DNA of 64,000 nt from an uncultured delta proteobacterium (lineage in GTDB: Bacteria; Desulfobacterota; Binatia; UBA9968): positions 320,001-384,000 of the forward strand of contig CAVUZH010000022.1 in NCBI GenBank assembly GCA_963745835.1. Direction: 5' to 3'. The notes beneath the pieces are model-generated. The model ran no database searches. It worked only from the letters and a program-made list of their open reading frames with translations, and was not told the DNA's origin. This document shows positions 49,261 through 59,942 of the stretch, piece after piece; the stretch's first letter is position 1; the number at the start of each line of letters is the position of its first letter. The position numbers and the translations under genes were made by a program.

Positions 49261-52200
49261 TCACTGCGAACCAACGGCCATCTTGGTCTTAATCAATTCC
49301 AAAATCCCTTCAATCGGCACCGCCACCCAATCGGGACGGTTATCGAGCTCGTAGCTCAATTCATAGATGGCCTTGTCCAGCAAGAGAATATTCATCAACA
49401 GGTTGAGCTCGTCGCGGGTTTTGGGAAGTAACCCAGATTGTCGAGTGACATCGAAATACCCGTTCAGATAACTGACGGAAATCCAAAACTCCCAGTAGCG
49501 ACCCCAAGGCTTGAGCTGAACCGCATCCTCAGGCCTCAGCGCGCCGCCGCGCAATTTGGTGAGCACTGCGTAATTGAACGATCGCAGCATACCAGCGACA
49601 TCACGCAGCGGCGAGCGTTTCAGACGCCGTTCGGTTATTGATCGCGCCGGTTCACCTTCGAAATCGATGATGACGAAATCCTTGCCGGTGTATAAGACCT
49701 GACCGAGATGGTAATCGCCGTGACAACGGATTCGCATACCGCCGATTTTTCGTTCGACCAGTTGACGGCAGCGGTTGAAGATCTCGACCTCGAGAGTCAA
49801 AAGTTCTGCGGCATGTCTCTGGACATCTTCCGGAAGCCGCTTCAAACGCTTCTGCAATAAGCCCAGAGACTGGTCGGCTAAACTGCGCATGCTTTGATAA
49901 AGCGAACGGCGATATAGAGCGGTAAACGGCTCCGGCGCAAAAGCCGGATCCTTGCTATCGGACGCAAGCGCCACGTGCATCTCGCCAGTGCGCTGGCCCA
50001 GCAGGCACGCCGATCCCAAGTAAGTACCGATCAATTCTTTTGCCAAATCGGGAGTCTCGTTTTGGGCGAGTTCCACCGGCGATCGATTGGGTAAACTCGC
50101 GGCTCCGACCTCGACCTTACGCGTTAAAACTTCTTCGAAGTAATAGCCAAGGCTGTCTTGAGTGTAGCGCCAGGCATCGCCTTCATTAGTTACCAACCCC
50201 TGCAGAATGCCGATGGTGGCGGGTTCGCCGCGTCCCTTGCGCAGCTCCAGATGGCCGGCCATTGGCGGTACATGGGCAAATTCCAGTTCGGTAAGAAACC
50301 GGCCGATCTCAACGTCCGGATTCAGCCCCTCGGTGACCCGGCGAAAAAGTTTAAACATCAGTCGATCGGCGTAAGCTACGGAAGTGTTGCTCTGATCGCG
50401 TTTGATCAACAACGGCTCAAGCGGGTTCTCCGTGCTTCCCAGCAGTTTGCGAAACGCTTTGGACGGGTGCGCAAGAAGCTCGGCGCCGGTATTTTTGTAT
50501 CGCCGCCCCCGGGCCACGGCGGTCAGCAACGATTTGAGGAAACCTGGCTCATGCACCGCGTCGTATAGGAAGCCTTCGCTTTCGCCCGATTCATCTTTGA
50601 TCTTAAGCTGAGCAATGAGTGCCTGGGGCACCGATTGGCGCAATTCGAAAGCGCGATCACCGCTAGCGTACGCCAGCGGCAGCAGGTAGGTTTCCGGCGT
50701 CCCGCCGATGTAATCCACCGCCCATGTGGTCAGGTAAATAGTCGCCGAGTCCACCGGAAACGGGATGACATCGACATTTTTCACGGACCGGATCTGCTGC
50801 GCTTTGCCGCCGAACCAGCGACAGGTTAAAAGATAAGCGGGAAGGCTCCGTTCAAGCATGGTCCGCGCCCTGCCCTCAAGAACAGCTTCCCAACTAGCCT
50901 CCACCTCCAAGCGTGGCGGCTCGACCCCTTCAACTGCCGCGCGCGCTTCCGAAACCCGCGTCTGCTCGAGCTTGAACCAATAAAATGCATGAGGTCCCAG
51001 AGTGAGAAAGTAGGGTAGTTCGCCAATCGAGGGGAAGCGCGTGTGCCCAAACAGCTCCACCGGAACCATGCCCTTGTACGCCGACAGATCGAGCTCGACG
51101 TAGTTGACGAAACGCGAGAGGTTAGCCACGACCAGAATGATTTCATCGCCGAGACGGCGGACAAACACCAGCACTTTGCGGTTATCCGGCAGAAGAAACT
51201 CGATGCTTCCCCGGCCAAACGCTTGATAATTCTTACGCAGCAACACCAGCCGCTTCATCCACCAAAGCAGCGAAGCCGGGTTTTGTTGCTGCGCATCGAC
51301 GTTGACGGTCTCGTAATGATGTTCCGGATCGATGATCACCGGCAGATAAAGGCGCTGCGGATTGGCGCGAGAGAAACCAGCATTGCGATCCGCGCTCCAC
51401 TGCATTGGAGTGCGCACGCCGTTGCGATCGCCAAGGTAAATGTTATCGCCCATGCCGATCTCATCGCCGTAATAGATCACCGGGGTGCCGGGCAGCGAGA
51501 ACAGCAGGCTGTTGAGCAGCTCTACGCGCCGGCGGTTGTTGCCCAGAAGCGGCGCAAGCCGGCGCCGGATCCCAAGATTGATCCGCGCCCGCGGATCGCT
51601 GGCATAAACTTTATACATGTAGTCGCGATCTTCATCGGTCACCATCTCGAGGGTCAGCTCATCGTGGTTGCGCAAGAACAGCGCCCATTGACTCGATTCG
51701 GGTATGAGCGGCGTCTGATCGAGAATATCTATGATTGGAAATCTATCCTCCATATATAAGGACATAAAGAGTCGCGGCATGACCGGAAAATGAAACGCCA
51801 TATGGCATTCATCGCCATCGCCGAAGTAGGCCACTGCATCCTCGGGCCACTGATTGGCCTCGGCCAACAACATGCGGTTCTTGTACTTGCTGTCGACGTG
51901 TTGGCGCAGCTTCTTGAGAAACCCGTGAGTCTCGGCAAGGTTTTCGCAGTTGGTGCCTTCGCGCTCGTAGAGATAAGGCACCGCGTCGAGGCGCAAGCCG
52001 TCCACGCCCATATCGAGCCAGAAGTCGAGCGCGTCGAAAATCGCCTTGTGTACTTCCGGGTTGTCGAAGTTCAGGTCCGGCTGGTGCGAATAAAAACGGT
52101 GCCAGTAGTAGGCTCTGGCCAATGGATCCCAAGACCAGTTGGAGGGCTCGAAATCTTTGAAAATAATCCTTGCCTCGGGATAACGCTCCTGCGTGTCGCT

Positions 52201-52629
52201 CCAGACGTAAAAGTTGCGTGCGCTGCTGCCTGGCTTGGCATCGCGCGCATGGAGAAACCACGGATGCTGGTCGGAGGTGTGATTAATGACCAGCTCGGTG
52301 ATGACGCGAATGCCGCGTTCGTGCGCCGCGCGCAAGAAGAGACGAAAATCGTGCAACGTTCCATAATCGGGATGGATCTGGGTGTAGTCGGCGATGTCGT
52401 AACCGTCGTCTTTGAGCGGCGAGACATAAAAGGGCAGCAACCAGAGTGCCGTCACGCCTAGATCTTGGAGATAATCGAGCTTTTCAGTGAGTCCCTGAAA
52501 ATCACCGATGCCGTCGCCGTTGCCGTCGTGAAAGGCGCGAACGTGCACCTCGTAAATAACCGCGTCCTGGTACCAGAGCGGGTTGTCGTCGAGAAGAATC
52601 GATGTGGATTTAACGAATTTGCGGCTCAA
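49261..52629 (-). CDS. treS: trehalose synthase-maltokinase fusion
   Basis: [33 protein letters not shown], then Mak domain [25 protein letters not shown]. Confidence 0.96.
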   Translation of the reverse strand: MSRKFVKSTSILLDDNPLWYQDAVIYEVHVRAFHDGNGDGIGDFQGLTEKLDYLQDLGVTALWLLPFYVSPLKDDGYDIADYTQIHPDYGTLHDFRLFLRAAHERGIRVITELVINHTSDQHPWFLHARDAKPGSSARNFYVWSDTQERYPEARIIFKDFEPSNWSWDPLARAYYWHRFYSHQPDLNFDNPEVHKAIFDALDFWLDMGVDGLRLDAVPYLYEREGTNCENLAETHGFLKKLRQHVDSKYKNRMLLAEANQWPEDAVAYFGDGDECHMAFHFPVMPRLFMSLYMEDRFPIIDILDQTPLIPESSQWALFLRNHDELTLEMVTDEDRDYMYKVYASDPRARINLGIRRRLAPLLGNNRRRVELLNSLLFSLPGTPVIYYGDEIGMGDNIYLGDRNGVRTPMQWSADRNAGFSRANPQRLYLPVIIDPEHHYETVNVDAQQQNPASLLWWMKRLVLLRKNYQAFGRGSIEFLLPDNRKVLVFVRRLGDEIILVVANLSRFVNYVELDLSAYKGMVPVELFGHTRFPSIGELPYFLTLGPHAFYWFKLEQTRVSEARAAVEGVEPPRLEVEASWEAVLEGRARTMLERSLPAYLLTCRWFGGKAQQIRSVKNVDVIPFPVDSATIYLTTWAVDYIGGTPETYLLPLAYASGDRAFELRQSVPQALIAQLKIKDESGESEGFLYDAVHEPGFLKSLLTAVARGRRYKNTGAELLAHPSKAFRKLLGSTENPLEPLLIKRDQSNTSVAYADRLMFKLFRRVTEGLNPDVEIGRFLTELEFAHVPPMAGHLELRKGRGEPATIGILQGLVTNEGDAWRYTQDSLGYYFEEVLTRKVEVGAASLPNRSPVELAQNETPDLAKELIGTYLGSACLLGQRTGEMHVALASDSKDPAFAPEPFTALYRRSLYQSMRSLADQSLGLLQKRLKRLPEDVQRHAAELLTLEVEIFNRCRQLVERKIGGMRIRCHGDYHLGQVLYTGKDFVIIDFEGEPARSITERRLKRSPLRDVAGMLRSFNYAVLTKLRGGALRPEDAVQLKPWGRYWEFWISVSYLNGYFDVTRQSGLLPKTRDELNLLMNILLLDKAIYELSYELDNRPDWVAVPIEGILELIKTKMAVGSQ

Positions 52630-52676
52630 CGTGTTGCTTCGCTCTCTCGTAGTTTGCTGAAAATTGCTTCAGGCTG

Positions 52677-54782
52677 CTACATGAAATAATCGAAATCCTG
52701 CTCGCGCCGCAGGTTGTGCCGCACTCGAAAGATGTGCGCCGGGACGCTCGCGGGATTGAGACTAAGATAATTGCGTGGTCCGTTCCAAAGATAGCGCGCA
52801 TCGGTCAACAGATCATGCATCTGGAACGGCTTCGTCGGATCGAGACCCAGTTCCGCCAGGGGCAGATCCACCCAGCCGGATTGCGCGTGATGCGGATCGA
52901 GATTCACCGCAACGACAATAACATTATTGCGATCTTCGGTATATTTAGCGAAACAGATAATCTCGTCATTGTCCACGGTGTAAAAACGTAAGCTGCGATT
53001 ACGATGGAGCGCAGGATTTGCCGCGCGAATCTGGTTCACGCGCGCGATCAACCCGCGCAGGTTATCGGGCGATTCGCTGTTCCAATCTTTAATCTGGTAT
53101 TTTTCGGAATCCAGATATTCCTCGCTGCCGGGCTCACGCGGCGCGTTGACGCAGAGCTCGAACGCAGGGCCATAGATCCCATAGTTGGCGCCCAATGTGG
53201 CGGCAAGTATCAGGCGCGACATAAAGGCCGGCCGTCCGCCCGCCTGCAGATACTCCGGCAGGATATCGGGAGTGTTCGGCCACAGGTTGGGACGAAAGAA
53301 TTCGACGACGTCGGTTCGTGTCAGCTCGGTGAAATACTGGGTTAGCTCCGCCTTGGTGTTGCGCCAGGTGAAATACGTGTAGGACTGAGTGAAACCGAGC
53401 TTGGCCAGCCGGTACATGACTTTGGGACGAGTGAACGCTTCGGCGAGAAATATCGTTTCCGGATAATCTTTTCTAACCTCGGCAATGACCCATTCCCAGA
53501 AGCGAAAAGCTTTGGTGTGGGGATTATCGACGCGAAAGATTCGCACCCCATGTTGGCACCAGAACAACAGAACGCTCTTCAATTCGTCCCATAGAGCGCG
53601 CCAGTCTTCATTTTCAAAATCGATCGGATAAATGTCTTGATACTTTTTGGGCGGGTTTTCCGCGTACTGAATGGTGCCGTCAGGCCGTTTGCGAAACCAC
53701 TGCGGATGTTCTCTGACATAGGGATGATCGGGCGAGCATTGATAGGCGACGTCCAAGGCAATCTCGATTTCGTGCTCTCGGGCTTTTTCAACCAGCTGTT
53801 TGAAATCCGCCAAGGTACCGAGTAGTGGGTGCAGCGACTTATGACCGCCCTCTTCCGAACCGATGGCCCAGGGACTGCCGACATCATCCGAGCCGGCCGC
53901 AAGACTGCCGTTCATGCCTTTTCGATAGGAGCGTCCAATCGGATGAATCGGCGGCAGATAAAGCACGCTAAAGCCCAACTCGGCAATCCTCGGCAGCCGC
54001 GCTGCGCAGTCCCTGAGTGTGCCGTGTTTTCGCGGCTGATCAGCGCAGGAGCGCGGAAAGATCTCGTACCAGCTACTGAACTCGGCCTTCGGCCGATCGA
54101 CAACGATACGAAGCTCCTTGTCGTAACGCGCGGCCCAACGCCGCTCCGCATGCTTGCTCATGAGGACAGCAAGCTCTTCCTCCAGCGCCTTCTGAACCGC
54201 GCCGGCTTTTTTAGCGCGAAGCGCCGCCGCATAGGCTGTCAGCGCCTCGGCATCGCTGCCACGAGCTCGTTTGGCGGCTACTTCAATCAGTTCAGCCCCT
54301 TCGATCAATTCCAACCCGACGTCCTGCTTGGCGGCGGCTTTCTTGCTCAAACCGTCGCGCCAGGATTTAAACCGATCGACCCATGCTTCCAACGTGTAAA
54401 AATAATCCGTCAGCGCCATGATGTTAAAGGCGCCACGCCAGCGATCATTCACCAGCGGCTGCATCGGCGCTTCGCGCCAGTCGGATTCCCCTTGCGCGCG
54501 AAACAGCAGGCGCGCCGATAACGCATCGTGCCCGTCGGTGAATATATCGGCCTCGACCGTAACACGATCCCCGACCACTCGCTTGATCGGAAATCGGCCG
54601 CAGTCGATTTCCGGCTTGACTCGCTCGATCACCGCACGGATGCGGGGCTCAGTTGAACTGTTTAAGGGAGTCACTGCCGGTGGAGGATTGCGGGTCTGAA
54701 CGGCGCCAGTGTCATTTTTCTTTTGGCGACTGCGGCTGCCGCGAATGTTCCGGGTCATGCTTTTCCTATAGCTCGATTTCAA
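52677..54782 (-). CDS. glgE: alpha-1,4-glucan:maltose-1-phosphate maltosyltransferase
   Basis: WYEIFPRS, YLPPIHPIG, QYAENPPKKYQDIYP, FRVDNPHTK, FLAEAF, NTPDIL. Start may be 54758. Confidence 0.95.
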   Translation of the reverse strand: MKSSYRKSMTRNIRGSRSRQKKNDTGAVQTRNPPPAVTPLNSSTEPRIRAVIERVKPEIDCGRFPIKRVVGDRVTVEADIFTDGHDALSARLLFRAQGESDWREAPMQPLVNDRWRGAFNIMALTDYFYTLEAWVDRFKSWRDGLSKKAAAKQDVGLELIEGAELIEVAAKRARGSDAEALTAYAAALRAKKAGAVQKALEEELAVLMSKHAERRWAARYDKELRIVVDRPKAEFSSWYEIFPRSCADQPRKHGTLRDCAARLPRIAELGFSVLYLPPIHPIGRSYRKGMNGSLAAGSDDVGSPWAIGSEEGGHKSLHPLLGTLADFKQLVEKAREHEIEIALDVAYQCSPDHPYVREHPQWFRKRPDGTIQYAENPPKKYQDIYPIDFENEDWRALWDELKSVLLFWCQHGVRIFRVDNPHTKAFRFWEWVIAEVRKDYPETIFLAEAFTRPKVMYRLAKLGFTQSYTYFTWRNTKAELTQYFTELTRTDVVEFFRPNLWPNTPDILPEYLQAGGRPAFMSRLILAATLGANYGIYGPAFELCVNAPREPGSEEYLDSEKYQIKDWNSESPDNLRGLIARVNQIRAANPALHRNRSLRFYTVDNDEIICFAKYTEDRNNVIVVAVNLDPHHAQSGWVDLPLAELGLDPTKPFQMHDLLTDARYLWNGPRNYLSLNPASVPAHIFRVRHNLRREQDFDYFM

Positions 54783-54964
54783 GATTCGATTGCGGCGACG
54801 ATTTTAGGTGCACCGAAGGACGTTGAAAATACCGTCCGGCGAGATTATCACAAAACCGCGAACTTCTTTACGGGGCCAAACAAAATTAGGGGTGATTGGA
54901 AAAGTAAGCTCTGACTGATGCATCCGATGGCCACGCAAGTAATCTGGAGAGTGGCCGGAGTTGA

Positions 54965-56317
54965 CTAATCGTCACGGATGTTAAGCTTCTCCATCTTTCG
55001 GTAGAGCGAGGATCGACTCAATCCGAGGAGCTCCGCTGCGCGAGTCCGGTCGCCGGCGGTGTCCCTTAGAACATTGGCAATGTGGCTTTTCTCATAGGAC
55101 TCGACGGCGACGCGCAAATTGTTTGCCGTGACATTTCGGTCGTTCTCGGGAATCTCAGATTCAGGCAAATGCTCCGGCGTAATCCATTCGCCGTCGCCCA
55201 AAATCATCGCGCGCTCGAGCACGTTATCCAATTCGCGGATATTGCCCTTCCAGGGGAGCGACATCAGAACTTTCATTGCCGAGTTATCCGCGCCCTTGTA
55301 CGCCTTCTTCATCTCCCGGTTGTGACGTGAAATCAGGTAATCGACCAGCAACGGAATATCTTCCCGCCGTTCTCTCAGCGGCGGTACCCAGACATGCACG
55401 ACATTCAAACGGTAAAAAAGATCTTCGCGAAACTTACCCTCGCTAGCCTCCCGTTCAAGGTCGCGATTGGTCGAAGCGATGATTCGCACGTTTAAGCGGA
55501 CCGGCTGGGTCGAGCCGACAGCTAAAACTTCCTTGGTTTCTATGGCGCGCAACAGCTTGGGTTGGAGAGTCAACGGCATCTCGCCGATTTCGTCGAGAAA
55601 AATGGTCCCGCCCTGAGCCTTTTGAAATAGGCCCTCTTGGGCATTGATGGCGCCGGTGAACGCGCCCTTGGCATGACCAAAGAGCTGGCTTTCGAGGAGA
55701 GTGTCGGGAATCGCGCTGCAATTCACCGGCAGAAATACTTTGTCCTTTGACAAGCTTTGCAAATGCAAGGTTCGGGCGACGACTTCTTTGCCGACGCCGC
55801 TCTCCCCGGTGATCAAGACGGTGGAATTGGTTGCCGCGACCTTTGAAACGATTTTAAAAATATCTTGAATCGGCTTGCTGCTCCCAACCAGACTGGTCGG
55901 CTCCGACGAACGGTTAATCTCACGCCGCAGCATCTCGACTTCCCAGACTAGATTCTTATGCTCGAGAAATCGGCCGACCTTCCTAATCACATCTTCAATA
56001 ACGATCGGCTTGAGGATGTAGTCTTGCGCTCCAAGACGAAAGGCTTCTACCGCCGTGTCCACTGACGAGAAGGCGGTCATCAGAATGACTAACGTTTGGG
56101 GCGAAATGCTCCGCACATGCTTTAAGACGCTGAGACCGTCGACACCGGGCATTTTTAGATCGGTTAAAACCAAATCGAAATCGATCTGGTTGATCGCGTC
56201 GATAGCGGCCTTGCCATCCTCAGCTTGGTGAACGGTATAGCCCTCTTCTTCCAATACGCTCGCGATATTTCGCCGAGGTACGGAATCGTCGTCACAAACT
56301 AAGATCGTCGCGCTCAT
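54965..56317 (-). CDS. sigma54-dependent response regulator (NtrC family)
   Basis: Receiver (DLKMP), AAA+ GESGVGKE, GAFTGA, FREDLFYRL, Fis-type HTH. Confidence 0.95.
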   Translation of the reverse strand: MSATILVCDDDSVPRRNIASVLEEEGYTVHQAEDGKAAIDAINQIDFDLVLTDLKMPGVDGLSVLKHVRSISPQTLVILMTAFSSVDTAVEAFRLGAQDYILKPIVIEDVIRKVGRFLEHKNLVWEVEMLRREINRSSEPTSLVGSSKPIQDIFKIVSKVAATNSTVLITGESGVGKEVVARTLHLQSLSKDKVFLPVNCSAIPDTLLESQLFGHAKGAFTGAINAQEGLFQKAQGGTIFLDEIGEMPLTLQPKLLRAIETKEVLAVGSTQPVRLNVRIIASTNRDLEREASEGKFREDLFYRLNVVHVWVPPLRERREDIPLLVDYLISRHNREMKKAYKGADNSAMKVLMSLPWKGNIRELDNVLERAMILGDGEWITPEHLPESEIPENDRNVTANNLRVAVESYEKSHIANVLRDTAGDRTRAAELLGLSRSSLYRKMEKLNIRDD

Positions 56318-56486
56318 CTCAGTGGAGTACTCGTTCTTTCTATGTTTCCAGATTCACAACAGCGCCAAACCGAAACGTTGGGATAGCTGCACGAGGAATA
56401 AAACAATAGCAACTATCCGTTTCGCGCGGCGCAAGATGCGTGCCGTTCTTATACCCGTGCGGTTCCAGTTCGGCGAATCACATTCG

Positions 56487-56532
56487 TGTCTCGTTTGAGA
56501 CACACTACTCCGCTCGTGTCCCGAAAACAACA
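56487..56532. promoter_or_regulatory. tandem TGT-N10-ACA sites (putative bEBP enhancer)
   Basis: TGTCTCGTTTGAGACA (56487) and TGTCCCGAAAACAACA (56517), 30 bp apart, upstream of the NtrC-type gene. Confidence 0.55.
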
Positions 56533-56587
56533 CACAGACCTGCACTTAGTCCATTAGGGGGCTCGAAGAGGAACTAGAGAAATCGCT

Positions 56588-56950
56588 TCATCGCCTTCCT
56601 TGCTTGCCAGCTTGCACATCATCTCCGCGAGTAGTCCACCATCCAGCTATTCCACCCCATATAGCCAGAACTACTCCAAGGGCCATGAGGGTTAATCCGA
56701 TGGGTGGAATCATCAGGGCGAATCCACCGCCGATCACTAGTAGAGCCAATCCGGCGGCGACTAAACCAAAGGGACGGCGTTCACTTTGATCTGACGTTTG
56801 GCTTGGCGGAACCGGCGATCCTGTGGCGATATCGTTGATCAGGGACGAAGCATACGAACGGAGCTCGTGCCGCTGATCCGCCGGACTTCGTTCTATAGCG
56901 CGGCTGATTTCCTCGACTAACCGCTCTATCTCTTGTTCGGTACTTGACAT
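56588..56950 (-). CDS. hypothetical membrane protein
   Basis: Soluble N-terminal half and two C-terminal TM helices. Confidence 0.6.
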   Translation of the reverse strand: MSSTEQEIERLVEEISRAIERSPADQRHELRSYASSLINDIATGSPVPPSQTSDQSERRPFGLVAAGLALLVIGGGFALMIPPIGLTLMALGVVLAIWGGIAGWWTTRGDDVQAGKQGRR

Positions 56951-57012
56951 TCTGGAATCGCCCGGCGCCGAGCAGTCGTTCAGCTAATTGGGCGGGGCGA
57001 GGCAAATGCCTG

Positions 57013-57495
57013 TTAACTTCTCAATTCATTAGCGACCAGTCGCTGGCGCGAATTCCTGGCAATTGGCTGATACTCCGGAATAGCCGAAGACACACTATTT
57101 GCTTGCAGCTTACGCTCGCGCCATAGCTTGAGCCCGGTGCGAATGTAAGTAGGCTCGAGCCCGAGAGTGTCGCAAACGTTGACGAATGAAAAGAACCAAT
57201 GCCGGTCATCGGATGAAAACCATTCGTTTACGTCGCGAAACAGTCGAGTCGCGCGAGTACCTTTTTTTACCGCGTACTTTTGATACGTCCGAATGGCTTC
57301 ACGAAGGATCGCCTGCACTAGGATGAACTCTCCCATGACTTCCATTCGACGGTTCTGATTAGTCGCCGCATGAATGCCGAGGGGCATACTACTGATTTGA
57401 GATAAAATATCGTCGGAAAAATCCGCATCTTTGGATTCAAAACGAGTGCTGCCGGAAAACTCCCCCCGATCGCCACTTCCGAATGCCTGTTTCAT
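57013..57495 (-). CDS. hypothetical protein (FSFVNVCDTLGLEPTYIR motif)
   Basis: GGAGGA RBS, upstream sigma54 promoter, coherent ~160-aa ORF. Confidence 0.7.
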   Translation of the reverse strand: MKQAFGSGDRGEFSGSTRFESKDADFSDDILSQISSMPLGIHAATNQNRRMEVMGEFILVQAILREAIRTYQKYAVKKGTRATRLFRDVNEWFSSDDRHWFFSFVNVCDTLGLEPTYIRTGLKLWRERKLQANSVSSAIPEYQPIARNSRQRLVANELRS

Positions 57496-57537
57496 TACAT
57501 AATCCTCCACAACCAGTTTGATCTCGTCTCAAATGGC

Positions 57538-57553
57538 AGCAACGTACATGCCA
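57538..57553 (-). promoter_or_regulatory. sigma54 promoter
   Basis: Minus strand TGGCATGTACGTTGCT. Confidence 0.75.
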
Positions 57554-57753
57554 CTTCTCCAACTGGGTGTAATTGCACGGCTTGACTATTTACCATTCTC
57601 CGATGTGGGACGACAATCATGAGCCAGTTATTTGAATGGGACGTACGCGGCCATGATTTTTACGAGCGACAACGCTGCGGAGCCAGCGGAGAAAATCGAA
57701 GCTCGGCGCACGCGCGCGGCGAGTAGAGTTGTAAGCGCTAAGTGCATGAGACA

Positions 57754-57768
57754 TGGCATGGGAATTGT
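57754..57768 (+). promoter_or_regulatory. sigma54 promoter-like (imperfect -12)
   Basis: TGGCATGGGAATTGT upstream of the ABM gene. Confidence 0.45.
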
Positions 57769-57803
57769 TCATTGTAGAGTCAAAAAGCACGGAGGAGTTG
57801 ATC

Positions 57804-58094
57804 ATGCCCATCGTAAGATTGATTTTCGTCAGGGTAGTGTCCGAGGAAGCAAAGAGCGCAGAACAGATCTGGAAAGAGAGTTGCGCGCCGTTGATGATTC
57901 AACAGCCTGGTTGCCTTTCGGAAAAACTGCTCAGGTCAAGTGACGATGCGGGAGAATTCATCTCCTATTCAGAGTGGAAGGATCAACAAAGTATCGATGC
58001 TTACCGGGTTAGTGACGCTCATGAAGAAATTAAGAAACATGCGCGACATCTGCACGGAGATCGACCGTCGGTCAAACGTTATGAGGTCGTATAG
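57804..58094 (+). CDS. antibiotic biosynthesis monooxygenase (ABM) family protein
   Basis: QQPGCLSEKLLR...FISYSEWKD...YR.S.AH; GGAGGAG RBS. Confidence 0.8.
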   Translation: MPIVRLIFVRVVSEEAKSAEQIWKESCAPLMIQQPGCLSEKLLRSSDDAGEFISYSEWKDQQSIDAYRVSDAHEEIKKHARHLHGDRPSVKRYEVV

Positions 58095-58279
58095 CGGGAG
58101 GAGGCGCGATGCTCGACGCAAATACGTTCGATAGTCGGCCTAATACCGGTGATGGCCATGTGTCCTAAGCATCGCTTCTTCTGTGTCGCTTACGCGAAAG
58201 TCAGCCAGTCGTTGTCCCGTGTCCGAAACGGGTTGTGCCGCATCGGCCGAACATAAGTGGGATTGTCTCACGAAAAATG

Positions 58280-58294
58280 TGGCACGCAGCTTGC
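58280..58294 (+). promoter_or_regulatory. sigma54 promoter
   Basis: TGGCACGCAGCTTGC, perfect consensus match. Confidence 0.82.
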
Positions 58295-58343
58295 CATTGT
58301 GCCCGCTACATTCATCAACGATCCGCACCAAAGGAGCTTCTGA

Positions 58344-59390
58344 GTGCGCCACAATAATGTATGGGCGATCGTTTTGGCTGGCGGTGAAGGCACGAGAGTT
58401 CGTGGTTTTCTCAAGCAGCTTTGTGGTGGAACCGGACTAAAGCAATTTTCGCCGATCATCGGCCGACGCTCGATGCTGCAGCACACCCTCGATCGGATGC
58501 AGCAGTTGGTGCCGGCCGAACGTACGGTGATAGTAGTGGGCGCGCATCAGAGTGGGGAAGCATTGCGCCAGCTCTCCCACTGGCCGCAAGAGAACATTAT
58601 CTACCAACCCGCCAATCGCGACACTGCGCCAGGTATCCTGCTGCCGTTTTCATACATTACCGACCGCGACCCGTCGGCCACCGTTATCGTCTCCCCTTCC
58701 GATCACTTCGTGCGCGATGAGAACCGCTTCATGGACGCAGTCGCGAGCGCGCTTGCGGATCTAAAGCGGTATTCCGACAAGATGATCCTGTTAGGCATGA
58801 CCCCCGAGCAGGGCCAAGAAACGGAGTATGGCTATATCCAACTCAAAAAGACTAGACGCCCAACCCTGACGCGACCGGTGGCGGGCTTTGTTGAAAAGCC
58901 TCCGCTGGCGCTTGCACGGCGTTTGATCAACCAAGGCGCGTTATGGAACACGATGGTTTTCACCGTCAGAGGCACTACCTTATGGCAGATGGTTCGGGAT
59001 ACGGTGCCGTCGCTGTACAATGCCTTTGGTTTGATTCAGTCGATGCTGGGCAGCATCCATGCGCCTGGCTTCATCCAACACATCTATCAGACGATTCCCA
59101 ACGTCAATTTCTCCTCTGATATCTGCGCACCTCTGGCGAAAAGGCTACGCGTTCTCGAGGTACCGAATGTCGGCTGGAGCGACTGGGGGACTGTTGCCAG
59201 TATCCTGCGCTCGCTGATTGAAATGGGCCAGCTCGAAACATTCCGAATGCGCCTTGAGGAAAGCCAGGTACACCCCTCCTGGTACGCCGCTTCATTGGCT
59301 GAAATCGATCCACAATCTAGGGATCTCGCGCCCGAAGCGGTATATTCTTCAATACGGACCGAAGTTGAGGCCTATCTATCTCCGGATTAG
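58344..59390 (+). CDS. mannose-1-phosphate guanylyltransferase-like nucleotidyltransferase
   Basis: IVLAGGEGTR, KQF, QPANRDTAPGI, PSDH, EYGYI, FVEKP, WSDWG. Confidence 0.85.
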   Translation: MRHNNVWAIVLAGGEGTRVRGFLKQLCGGTGLKQFSPIIGRRSMLQHTLDRMQQLVPAERTVIVVGAHQSGEALRQLSHWPQENIIYQPANRDTAPGILLPFSYITDRDPSATVIVSPSDHFVRDENRFMDAVASALADLKRYSDKMILLGMTPEQGQETEYGYIQLKKTRRPTLTRPVAGFVEKPPLALARRLINQGALWNTMVFTVRGTTLWQMVRDTVPSLYNAFGLIQSMLGSIHAPGFIQHIYQTIPNVNFSSDICAPLAKRLRVLEVPNVGWSDWGTVASILRSLIEMGQLETFRMRLEESQVHPSWYAASLAEIDPQSRDLAPEAVYSSIRTEVEAYLSPD

Positions 59391-59478
59391 CCACAGAACT
59401 AATCGTTCAGTGCAGAGTTCTGACAAGAAGAAGCAGCCGGCTCTTGATTTCAAATTTCCCGCCGGATCATGACGAGCT

Positions 59479-59784
59479 TCAATCGACCACCATGTATATT
59501 TCACGGTTGGGCGACTGACGTAACAGCGGCGAAACCTTCTTGCTCCATTGTTGGAAGGTGGGTTCAGCCGTCACTTTACGGATCTGTTCTTCTAATATTT
59601 GCAACTCAGGCGCGTCCTGCGTAAACACCACATTGGGCGCGTCGGGTGAGGCAAAATGGGTGCGCAGTATTCTCGTATTTTCGCCACCTGCTTGCTTGAC
59701 GATATCACGCAAAGTTTTTAGCTCATGCTCTACTTCCCCCGTTTTACCGGGTAACGTAAGAAATGTCAGACGCGATACGTACAT
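59479..59784 (-). CDS. dimeric alpha-beta barrel (NIPSNAP-like) small protein
   Basis: AAGGAGG RBS before MYVSRLTF; ferredoxin-like pattern. Confidence 0.65.
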   Translation of the reverse strand: MYVSRLTFLTLPGKTGEVEHELKTLRDIVKQAGGENTRILRTHFASPDAPNVVFTQDAPELQILEEQIRKVTAEPTFQQWSKKVSPLLRQSPNREIYMVVD

Positions 59785-59942
59785 CTCAAGATCCTCCTTG
59801 CTTGTTATCGAGCTCACAGCCCGCGGTTGGCGATCGAACCTGAGTATTGAATCGTTTGATGTCTGCCAGGGAGTTCCTCGATACATGAAACCGCATTTTT
59901 AGCCGAATTGCCTTTCGTCGAAGGGGAGAGATTTTATCCGTC

